DNA from: Candidatus Bathyanammoxibius amoris
GTDB lineage: Bacteria > Planctomycetota > Brocadiia > Brocadiales > Bathyanammoxibiaceae
DNA length: 64,000 nt
Direction: 5' to 3'
Assembly (NCBI GenBank): GCA_024451685.1
Contig: JAMXCW010000002.1
Location: forward strand, 109,541 to 173,540
Made by a program: the position numbers and the translations under genes. Each line of letters begins with the position of its first letter. Position 1 is the first letter of the stretch. Of the stretch, positions 56,091 to 63,911 are shown in pieces. The notes below the pieces were generated by a model that made no database searches, had not been told where the DNA came from, and saw only the letters and a program-made list of their open reading frames with translations.

Positions 56091-56825
56091 CTATAAAGGC
56101 CTGGAAATGCCTCCGGACTTTCTGATTCTCCAGAAGTGAACGGCCATTAATCCCACTGCGACCCCTGGCAGGCCCACACAGTGGGCAAAGTAAAAGCGAA
56201 TCAGGGTGGGCTGATCTATTGCGGTGCCGCCCAATATAATAAAATGGATATCCTGTTCAGGGCCAAGGATGCTAAAAGGGCCTTTAGCGCCCAAGACGGG
56301 GGTGTTTTCCCCCATTGTAGCTCCTACTGTCACTGCCCAGAAAGACAACTGGTCCCAGGGCAGTAAATAGCCCGAAAAACTAAGCAATAAGGTTATCACA
56401 AGCAGGCCCACCCCGATGACCCAGTTAAACTCTCTAGGTGGTTTATAAGAGCTGGTCAAAAATACCCTTAGCATGTGCAGAGGCACAATGAGGACCATCA
56501 GGTGAGCTGCCCAGCGGTGGAGGTTCCTCTGAAAGGAGCCGAAGGGTACTATATAGTCTATGTCCTTCATGCTGGAATAGGCCTTATCCACATGGGGCAC
56601 ATAATAAAGCATCAGAAACGCGCCGGTTATGGCCGTGACTATAAAGAAGAAGAGAGCGAACCCACCCAGGCAGAAGGTGTAAGTAAACTTTATGCCGTCC
56701 TTGCTCACCCGGGCTGGTTGGATATGAAGGACAAAATTCGATATCACACGGAAGACCCGGTGGAGGTGACTATCAGAAGTCCCGGTCCTGAATACAGACC
56801 TCCACATCTGGGTGAATATATTCAT
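56091..56825 (-). CDS. Cytochrome b6-type N-terminal half (PetB-like)
   Basis: The heme ligand pairs are HRWAAHLMVLIVPLH (H-x13-H) and HCVGLPGVAVGLMAVH (H-x14-H). The FCLGG motif corresponds to the heme ci Cys of b6. Confidence 0.9.
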   Translation of the reverse strand: MNIFTQMWRSVFRTGTSDSHLHRVFRVISNFVLHIQPARVSKDGIKFTYTFCLGGFALFFFIVTAITGAFLMLYYVPHVDKAYSSMKDIDYIVPFGSFQRNLHRWAAHLMVLIVPLHMLRVFLTSSYKPPREFNWVIGVGLLVITLLLSFSGYLLPWDQLSFWAVTVGATMGENTPVLGAKGPFSILGPEQDIHFIILGGTAIDQPTLIRFYFAHCVGLPGVAVGLMAVHFWRIRKSGGISRPL

Positions 56826-56848
56826 CTCTCTCCTCTTAAAAAGAATCG

Positions 56849-57370
56849 CTAGGCACGCAGGAAGTAGTCTATATTCACTTTCTTGCCCTCATCAACCTCC
56901 AACCGTCCATCTTTGGCCACGGTAATCTCCAGGCGCTCCAAGGGTTTGGGGGCCGGGCCAGCAAAGTTTACCCCGTTCTTGTAAAAACGGCTGCCATGGC
57001 AGGGGCATTTGAAGATCTGCTGGCCTTCATACCATACCGGCTGGCAACCTAGATGGGTACATATGGCCAGGAGGGCATAAAAGCCCTTATCTCCCCGTAT
57101 TATCCAGACCTTTCGGCCGGTCACCAGGTTCACCGAGCCCTTTGCGTACTGCTCAGGCCTCTTGGCCTTAAAAATCTTAGAGGGCTCGTAAGTGGCCCTG
57201 GGGTAGAGGAACCGTACCAGCGTTGCCCCTGTAACACTGAGTATGACAAGAAGTAGCCCCCAGCCACTCCACCAGAGCGCAGTCCACATAGCCTGTCGTC
57301 TGGCGGGCTTCTTAACCCCCGTGGGTATAGCTTCCTCTGCATTTGTCTTAGACTTAACCATCACATACAA
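56849..57370 (-). CDS. Rieske [2Fe-2S] protein
   Basis: The cluster motifs CTHLGC and CPCHGS are present. The N-terminal RR-containing TM anchor is KKPARRQAMWTALWWSGWGLLLVIL. Confidence 0.9.
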   Translation of the reverse strand: MYVMVKSKTNAEEAIPTGVKKPARRQAMWTALWWSGWGLLLVILSVTGATLVRFLYPRATYEPSKIFKAKRPEQYAKGSVNLVTGRKVWIIRGDKGFYALLAICTHLGCQPVWYEGQQIFKCPCHGSRFYKNGVNFAGPAPKPLERLEITVAKDGRLEVDEGKKVNIDYFLRA

Positions 57371-57375
57371 CCTCT

Positions 57376-59316
57376 CTACAAGATTTCCTCAAATTTCACC
57401 ATTGAGATGGCATCAACGGGACAGCGATAGCTACACAGTCCGCAGTGGATGCAAAGCTCCTCATCCTGTGTCAGCCCTACCCAGGGCCCATCACCTCCCG
57501 CACCATCCCATAGGGAAAACTCCTTCACCACTGACCCATCCAGATAGGCCATAGCGAGAGCCCTGGTGGGGCAGACGTCCACACAACCTCCGCAGAGGAT
57601 ACACTGCATCTCCTGCCTTTGCCCTATTACCGGGCTGACATTGCAGTTCAAGCACCGCCCGGCCTGGTCCTGGGCCTCGTACTCTGAGTAAGGTATCTCT
57701 GAGGCCTCCCATCCCTTGAGCCTTTCTTCGGGAGGCCGCAGGGTAGGATACTGCTTTGTCAGGGAGAGTCCGTAGTAGAACCTCTCAAATCTCCAGGTAA
57801 TGGGTATTGCCTCCATGTGCTCCTGTTTGCTCAGCCCCAGGGAGCCAACGCCTCCCAGATATTCATGCATGGACTGGGCGGCCAGCTGACCCGAAGCTAC
57901 TGCATTTATTACCAGACCCGGGCCCAGGATGTCGCCGCAGGCATAGACTCCGGGCTTGGAGGTGGCCAGGGTAACGGGGTCTACCTTTAGCATCTTCCTC
58001 TGGTTTAGCTCAAAACCCTGACTGCCGTCCAGGAAACTCATATCAGGGGCCTGACCCACAGCCAGGAGGATGTTGTCGCATTCTATGATGCGTTCTGTAC
58101 CCGGGACAAAGGTTGGGTTAAACCGGCCCTCTGAGTCATAAACATCGATTACATTTATCACCTCCAGACCCGCGACCCGGCCATCCTGACCCACCACCAC
58201 CCTCTTGGGGCCCCAGGAGGTGTTCATGATGATTCCTTCCTCACTAGCATCCACAACGTCGCCTATCCAGGCAGGCATCTCCTCCTTGAGGTTATCAGGT
58301 CTACAGCCCTTCATGGCCTCCAGGCATACAAGGTGCACCTCGCTGGTGGAGTCAATTCTCATTGCCGCCCTGGCTACATCGGTAGCCACGCATCCCCCTC
58401 CTATTACTACTACCTTCTCACCCAGAGTAAACTTTCGGTCAGTTGCTATGTCCCCTACGTCCATCAGGAAGTCCAACCCTGATAAAACCCCTGGCGTCTC
58501 CACTCCCGGGACGGGTACACCCCTCCCCTTCTGGAGACCCACCGCGATAAGAACTGCGCCAAACTCCTCCTTGAGCTGGTCAAGGCTGAAGTCCTTTCCG
58601 CAGGCCTGATTAAGTTTCAGCTTTATGGGCAAAGAGAGTATGGACTCCACGTCCTTCCTCACTGCCTCTCTATCCAATCTGAAGAAGGGTAGCGCATTGG
58701 CAGGCATACCACCAGGATTACTGCCGGCCTCATAGAGCGTTACCTCGTAACCCATGAGTATCAGGTCATGGGCGGCCGAAAGGCCGGCGGGCCCCGCACC
58801 AATTATCGCCATCCGAGCCGGGACGAGCTTGGGAGACTCCCTCTTCACCACTGCAGGCTTCACCTTTCCCATCTTCTGCCTTATCCAACGATAAACCTCC
58901 CCAGTACTCAGGTGGTTGTTTTTTACGGCAAAATCCTTCAGGCCCCTTATGCTTACCGCCTCGTCCACCTTGCCCCTCTGGCAGGCCGACTCACAGGGCG
59001 CACCACAGACCTTAGCGCAGACGGCAACAAAGGGATTATTCCTCCTGGCAATCAGATAGGCCTCCTGGTACCTACCTTCATCAATGGCCATCACGTAGCC
59101 CCTTGCATTGGTGCCAGACGGACAGGTGCGGCGACAGGGCACATTCTCACGAAACCATTCCTTGTCCACAGAAGTGGCTACCGGTGTGTCAGTCAGCACA
59201 GATTGCCGTGCGGCCTCCAGATGCCTGGCCCTCATCTGGGAGAGCTCATCTAGAGATATTGAGAAGTCGCGCTCCTTGAAGCTTATTGTTATAGAATTAG
59301 CAGACTCTCCGCTCAT
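57376..59316 (-). CDS. NAD(P)H-dependent FAD oxidoreductase (glutamate synthase small subunit GltD/NfnB-like) fused to a C-terminal 2x[4Fe-4S] ferredoxin domain
   Basis: The N-terminal FeS region is CPSGTNARGY...CAKVCGAPCESAC. The FAD motif is IIGAGPAGLSAAHDL and the NAD(P) motif is VVVIGGGCVATDVA. The C-terminal clusters are CLNCN...CILCGGCVDVCP and CIHCGLCSYRCP. There is no signal peptide or TM helix. Confidence 0.88.
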   Translation of the reverse strand: MSGESANSITISFKERDFSISLDELSQMRARHLEAARQSVLTDTPVATSVDKEWFRENVPCRRTCPSGTNARGYVMAIDEGRYQEAYLIARRNNPFVAVCAKVCGAPCESACQRGKVDEAVSIRGLKDFAVKNNHLSTGEVYRWIRQKMGKVKPAVVKRESPKLVPARMAIIGAGPAGLSAAHDLILMGYEVTLYEAGSNPGGMPANALPFFRLDREAVRKDVESILSLPIKLKLNQACGKDFSLDQLKEEFGAVLIAVGLQKGRGVPVPGVETPGVLSGLDFLMDVGDIATDRKFTLGEKVVVIGGGCVATDVARAAMRIDSTSEVHLVCLEAMKGCRPDNLKEEMPAWIGDVVDASEEGIIMNTSWGPKRVVVGQDGRVAGLEVINVIDVYDSEGRFNPTFVPGTERIIECDNILLAVGQAPDMSFLDGSQGFELNQRKMLKVDPVTLATSKPGVYACGDILGPGLVINAVASGQLAAQSMHEYLGGVGSLGLSKQEHMEAIPITWRFERFYYGLSLTKQYPTLRPPEERLKGWEASEIPYSEYEAQDQAGRCLNCNVSPVIGQRQEMQCILCGGCVDVCPTRALAMAYLDGSVVKEFSLWDGAGGDGPWVGLTQDEELCIHCGLCSYRCPVDAISMVKFEEIL

Positions 59317-59522
59317 ATCTTTCCTCTATTAGAAAAAAGAGACTGTTACCATCCACCATCTTTAGAGAAAGATCAGGACACGCTACTTTGCAGGATGGGG
59401 TAGACGTTGAAGGACCGGCGGCTACTGCCATACCGCTGGCAATGCCGGATTGCTGAAGGTAGCTTCGCCTACTAGTCCTCATTATCCTTCCTGCTATTTT
59501 AAGGTGAGGTTTTTGTTACAAT
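59275..59522 (-). repeat. Leader/5'-CDS repeat unit, copy 1 (functional copy, upstream of and overlapping the first 42 nt of the oxidoreductase gene)
   Basis: It aligns by eye along its whole length with 60160-60417, and its distal 100 nt align with 60063-60159. Confidence 0.85.
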
Positions 59523-60057
59523 CTTACCGGCCATACTGTGTGGCAAGCTTATTTGTGCGTGCCACCAGCTTCGCCTCCCCAGAGGCTACATGTGCTCTAT
59601 GCCTCCGGGTGGACATGGACCGACCCGGTATCTTACATGCACACCGCTTCAACTCCTTAAACCCGAACCGTACACGCTTTACTACTATGCGCCGTTTCGA
59701 CGGGCCTAGAACTTTACAGAAGCGGCGTCCTTAAGAATCTCCTTGTCCAGAGACAGGTCCGCCACCAGACGTTTAAGACGGGTGTTCTCATACTCAAGCT
59801 CCTTCAGACGCTTGCCCTGATCTACCTTCAGGCCACCGTATTCCCTGCGCCACCGGTAATACGTTTGCTCCGCGATTCCGAGCTTGCGTGCAATATGTCC
59901 AACCGTCTTTCCCTGAGATAGCTCCATCTTTGCTTCTTCAAGTCTGTGGATTATCTGGTCTACTGTATATCTCTTGCGACTCACAACTCCCCACTTCTTC
60001 TGATCCAATTTAACTCCAAAGACTGACATTAAAACTGGACCGATTTAAAGGAGGCAG
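59523..60057 (-). mobile_element. IS3-family insertion sequence remnant (orfA intact-looking, orfB truncated after about 60 codons)
   Basis: The OrfA 59706-60029 reads ...SRKRYTVDQIIHRLEEAKMELSQGKTVGHIARKLGIAEQTYYRWRREYGGLKVDQGKRLKELEYENTRLKRLVADLSLDKEILK, an HTH plus leucine zipper typical of IS3 OrfA. The downstream -1 frame reads CKIPGRSMSTRRHRAHVASGEAKLVARTNKLATQYGR (like an OrfB N-terminus) and stops at the junction with repeat copy 1. No DDE domain is present. Confidence 0.8.
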
Positions 60058-60062
60058 ATCGC

Positions 60063-60159
60063 TACCATACCGCAGGCAATGCCGAACTGCTGAAGGTAGC
60101 TTCGCCTACTAGCCCTCATTATCACTCCTGCCATTTTAAGGTGAGGTTCTTGTTATGAT
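60063..60159 (-). repeat. Leader repeat unit, copy 2 (distal part only; proximal part replaced by the IS3 remnant)
   Basis: ctaccataccgcaggcaatgccgaactgctgaaggtagcttcgcctactagccctcattatcactcctgccattttaaggtgaggttcttgttatgatc aligns with 59424-59522. Confidence 0.85.
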
Positions 60160-60417
60160 CTTGAAATTAGTGTTACAGAGTTAGCACAGGCCCTTTGTCT
60201 ATATCTTCCTTGTTAGAAAATGAGACTGTTACCATTTCACTATCTTTGAGAAGGTTAGAACATGTTAGTTTAAAGTTAGAATACGTTACTTTGTGGGAGG
60301 GGGTAGGCGTAGACGTTGAAAAACCACGGGTTACTGCCATACCACAGGCAATACCAGACCATCGAAGGTAGCTTCGCCTACTAGCCCTCATTATCATTCC
60401 TGCCATTTTAAGGTGTT
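60160..60417 (-). repeat. Leader/5'-CDS repeat unit, copy 3 (degenerate; start codon mutated to ATA)
   Basis: On the minus strand, GATATAGACAAAGGGCCTGTGCTAACTCTGTAACACTAATTTCAAG aligns with GATATGAGCGGAGAGTCTGCTAATTCTATAACAATAAGCTTCAAG of the real gene start. The rest aligns with copy 1, apart from an insertion of about 20 nt. Confidence 0.85.
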
Positions 60418-61170
60418 TTTGTCGTGATATACCGTAAAACAGCCTAGTTTTACGACAATCAGCGGCAGTTATACACCATTTGTCGTAACAACCAACATGT
60501 GATATGTCGGTGAGATTTTATCGCAACTATACCACACAAAAAGGTGTTTGCAAGAACTTTTTAAGAAAATTTTAGGGAGGGGAAACTTGCTTACCAACTT
60601 AAAGAGGATCGTAATAGTAGCCCTCTTTGTTATCAATTTATGTTCGAATAACTTATTCTAATCAAACAGTAACATAGTACGATGCAGGATAACAACCCAA
60701 TGCGTACGGCAATCAGGCACTGCTAAGACTTTGAATTGGCCATTAATCGGGCTTTGCCGATATAAGCCGTGTCAATGGCAAACCTCAAACCTGCGCTCGT
60801 ACAAAATTCTGTCAGCAGTTTTATCCATAAGTTCATTCCCACATGTCAGACACTCTCTGCTGGACATACAAATCTTGTATATGTAATTGAAAGCTTGCGA
60901 GATTAAATATGGGGCCACAAAAACATGTAGTTGAAATAAAACGGGAATCTAAGATTACTATATTTTTCTCCTACCCGGCTTTTTTTTGACAAACACTTTT
61001 TTGTGGTAAACTTCTGACCAGTTTGATAACCTCTTGCTTATGGCCTTTAAGAGATAGGCGCATAGATGGGCAATGGAAGGCCTGATGGTGTGCCGCCAAT
61101 CCTTGGCACACTTATTTTTGTGTTCTCTGCACTGAGCTTCTTAACTCACCGGCAGGTGTGAGGTGCGACG

Positions 61171-62205
61171 ATGCAGGACCGGACAGGGCCTGGTAGATAT
61201 TTGACCCTTTTCACAATAACGGCAATTATCCTGTTTTGCCTTCAGGATGCCCAGGCACAGGATGCACAGAAGTCTTTCAACACCGGAAAAGCCCTACTCA
61301 AGCAGCGAAGGTATGAGGATGCACTTATCCACTTTAACAAGACGCTGGAGATTGAACCAGGGTTTGCCACAGCATGGAACGAAAAAGGCACGGTCTTTCT
61401 CAAATTGGGCAGGTACTGGGAGGCGATTGAATGCTTTGACAAGGCACTGAAGATTAACCTAAGCTACGCCGAGGCATGGCATAACAAGGGCAAGGGCTTT
61501 GACAACTTGGGCAGGTATCAGAGGGGCATTAAATGCTACAATAAGGCATTGAAGATTAACCCACGCTACGCCGAGGCATGGTACAGCAAGGGAGCGTCCC
61601 TGTTCGCGCTGGGCTACAAGAACGGCGCAACCCAGTACGCGGCACGCTTGTATCAGGAGGCCTTTGAATGTAGCGACAAGGCGCTGGAGATGGACCCAAA
61701 GCTTGCCGAGGGATGGCTCAACAGGGGCTTTGCCGGCGTCGAACTAGGCAGCTATAAAGAAGGCATTGGAGGCGACAACAAGGCACTTAAGACTGATCCA
61801 AGGTACGCCGAGGCATGGTACGGCCAGTGCATGGAGCTGGGTAGCCAGGGCAGTTATCAGGATGCCATTGACTACTACGACAAGGCACTGGAGATAAACC
61901 CAAAGGACGCTGGAGCATGGTATAAAAAGGGCGTGGCACTAGGTAACCTGCGCAGGTATCAAGAAGCTATTGAATGCTATGACAAAATACTGGAGATTGA
62001 CCCAAAGAATACATACGCGTGGAGCAATAAGGGCTGGGTCCTGGCCAGGATGGGCAGACCGCCTGAAAAAGAATTTGCCTGCTACGAAAAAGCATTAGAG
62101 ATAGACCCAAAGCATGTCCCTGCGTGGAGCACAAACGGCGCACCCCTGTCAGAACTGCCTCGATATATAGAGGTAGAAAAGGCCGCCATGGGTGTGAAGA
62201 GATAG
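61171..62205 (+). CDS. Secreted TPR-repeat protein
   Basis: A signal-like N-terminus is followed by about eight or nine canonical 34-aa TPR units (YxEAIECYDKALEINPKxAxAW repeated). Confidence 0.8.
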   Translation: MQDRTGPGRYLTLFTITAIILFCLQDAQAQDAQKSFNTGKALLKQRRYEDALIHFNKTLEIEPGFATAWNEKGTVFLKLGRYWEAIECFDKALKINLSYAEAWHNKGKGFDNLGRYQRGIKCYNKALKINPRYAEAWYSKGASLFALGYKNGATQYAARLYQEAFECSDKALEMDPKLAEGWLNRGFAGVELGSYKEGIGGDNKALKTDPRYAEAWYGQCMELGSQGSYQDAIDYYDKALEINPKDAGAWYKKGVALGNLRRYQEAIECYDKILEIDPKNTYAWSNKGWVLARMGRPPEKEFACYEKALEIDPKHVPAWSTNGAPLSELPRYIEVEKAAMGVKR

Positions 62206-62206
62206 A

Positions 62207-62420
62207 GAATCCATCAGAATTCACCACCTGCCAGAAACTCCGTCACATTAAGCAACAAACGGCCGTTATTCGCCTTATTCCAATTGTCATAAAGGCGGCG
62301 CCCCGGTGTGCTTGTGGTGCCGTCGTCAGCCGGTGAACTGTCGGACAGGGCCGCAATCCTGCCCCCGCCCAGCCTGGAGGTGGCAAGTATTATGTTGAGT
62401 TCCGTCTGCCGCGCCCCTTT
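62207..62420 (-). repeat. Right copy of the 214-bp direct repeat (3' end of the intact 62214-63122 gene)
   Basis: See 47887-48100. The two copies have the same orientation and lie 14.3 kb apart. Confidence 0.85.
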
Positions 62421-63122
62421 TAACCATATATGTCCTCTCGCGGCGGGGCTTGCCGGGGATTTCACTATACTGATTGTCCCAAAACCATGAAGATATATCA
62501 TCTCTACCACACCAAAGGGGCCGCGCAGGACCGCCACGTCATCAGGACTGAAATTGGCGGTGTAATGGCCGCCCCTTGTCCACGAATTAATCTCATTCCC
62601 GGTCTGGAAGTGTATCCCGGTGTGCGACTGAAGCTTATTAAAGATGCCGGTAGAGTCTATACCGTCGTTGTTCCTGTCGGAATTGAAGTGGTCCGCAATG
62701 AGAAATAGCCCGCCCCCGTTTTTCACAAACGAGATGACGGCGGCCCGCTCGGATACGGCGAGGTCACTGTTGGGCTCGCACAATATCAGCACGTCGTACC
62801 CCGAGAGGTCTTGCGGGTTTTCCGGGTTACCGTAGCTTAGCGGCTCTTTCGTGCTCTCCACCCCGTACCTGCCGGTCTTATAAAGTTCATAGGCCCACGA
62901 GGATATCCCGCCCGACCAGTCCCCGGGCGAAGAGGGGTCCGTGGGTTTCGGCACCGACATGTCGTCGTCAATTATCCAGTCGGCATGCCTGCCGGAACTC
63001 TGTGCGTGGCCGGCATCAAACAGTACCCTGTAATACTTCCCGCCCGCGCCTGCCGTCATACATACAGGCAGGCAAACGACAATAATTAGTAGAAATATTC
63101 GCAGGAATTTCTTGGCAGACAT
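62214..63122 (-). CDS. Hypothetical secreted protein
   Basis: The 302-aa ORF has a signal peptide (MSAKKFLRIFLLIIVVCLPVCMTAGA). The central motif GGGLFLIADHFNSDRNNDG suggests a GATase1/ThuA-like fold, but I cannot assign a family. Confidence 0.6.
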   Translation of the reverse strand: MSAKKFLRIFLLIIVVCLPVCMTAGAGGKYYRVLFDAGHAQSSGRHADWIIDDDMSVPKPTDPSSPGDWSGGISSWAYELYKTGRYGVESTKEPLSYGNPENPQDLSGYDVLILCEPNSDLAVSERAAVISFVKNGGGLFLIADHFNSDRNNDGIDSTGIFNKLQSHTGIHFQTGNEINSWTRGGHYTANFSPDDVAVLRGPFGVVEMIYLHGFGTISIVKSPASPAARGHIWLKGARQTELNIILATSRLGGGRIAALSDSSPADDGTTSTPGRRLYDNWNKANNGRLLLNVTEFLAGGEF

Positions 63123-63341
63123 TTGGTATAATTATCTTCCTGGCAACCGGGTTTATCTTAGGGAAAGGCTTTGCTTTGAACGGCAACGTCCTGTCACGAT
63201 AACCAGGCGGAGAACACCTTTCCCGTATTAACCGTTATATTAGCCGTATTCCGGGCATTTTTCAAAGCATAACCCATTATCATCGTACCCGGCTTCAACA
63301 TTTCCAGAAGGTTTTTTCTCAAACACAAAGGGGGGGGGTTC

Positions 63342-63911
63342 ATGAAGAGATCGTTAGGCTCAAAGGCGCTTATCCATCCAACACCCGTGTGGTGCGTTGG
63401 GTCTTATGATCGGGAGGGCAGGCCAAACGTCGCGACCATCGCCTGGGGCGGTATCTGCAGCTCCAAGCCGCCATCCGTAACCGTTTCGCTGCGCAAGGCC
63501 ACTTACACCTACGGCAATATCATGGAACGGAAGGCATACACGGTCAGCGTGCCGTCAGAAAGGTTTGCCAGAGAGGCGGACTATTTCGGCATAGTTTCGG
63601 GCAAGACGGCGGACAAGTTTGCGGCAACCGGCCTGACCCCCGTAAAAAGCGAAATAGTGAACGCGCCCTACGTCGGGGAATTTCCGCTTATACTGGAGTG
63701 CAGTGTCACGAACGTCGTTGAGGTCGGCCTCCACACCCAGTTTATCGGGGAGGTCATGGACGTCAAGGCCGACGAGGATATACTGGATGAAAACGGGTTA
63801 CCGGACCTTAAAAAGCTCTGCCCGGTCATCTTTACCCCTGAATCACGTTACTACTACGGAATCGGCGAACTGATAGGCAAGGCATTTTCCATCGGCCGGG
63901 AGATTAAGTGA
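63342..63911 (+). CDS. Flavin reductase-like FMN-binding protein (flavoredoxin family)
   Basis: The 189-aa ORF has the split-barrel flavin reductase pattern (NVATIAWGG...SVTVSLRK.TYTY.NI...AYTVSVP). A poly-G/GGGGG RBS lies upstream. Confidence 0.8.
   Translation: MKRSLGSKALIHPTPVWCVGSYDREGRPNVATIAWGGICSSKPPSVTVSLRKATYTYGNIMERKAYTVSVPSERFAREADYFGIVSGKTADKFAATGLTPVKSEIVNAPYVGEFPLILECSVTNVVEVGLHTQFIGEVMDVKADEDILDENGLPDLKKLCPVIFTPESRYYYGIGELIGKAFSIGREIK

Noticed and set aside
60173-60406. A 77-aa minus-strand ORF (MAGMIMRASRRSYL...) in leader copy 3, and its 61-aa counterpart at 59297-59482.
   Set aside because: They are not called as genes. Only the first roughly 20 codons are shared between copies, substitutions are mostly non-synonymous, and the downstream parts diverge or run into the real gene out of frame. 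They are kept only as a hypothesis in the findings.
60986-61012. A TTGACA ... TAAACT promoter-like pair upstream of the TPR gene.
   Set aside because: The spacer is only 15 nt and the -10 hexamer is weak. It is mentioned within the ORF-free-tract finding but not reported as a feature.
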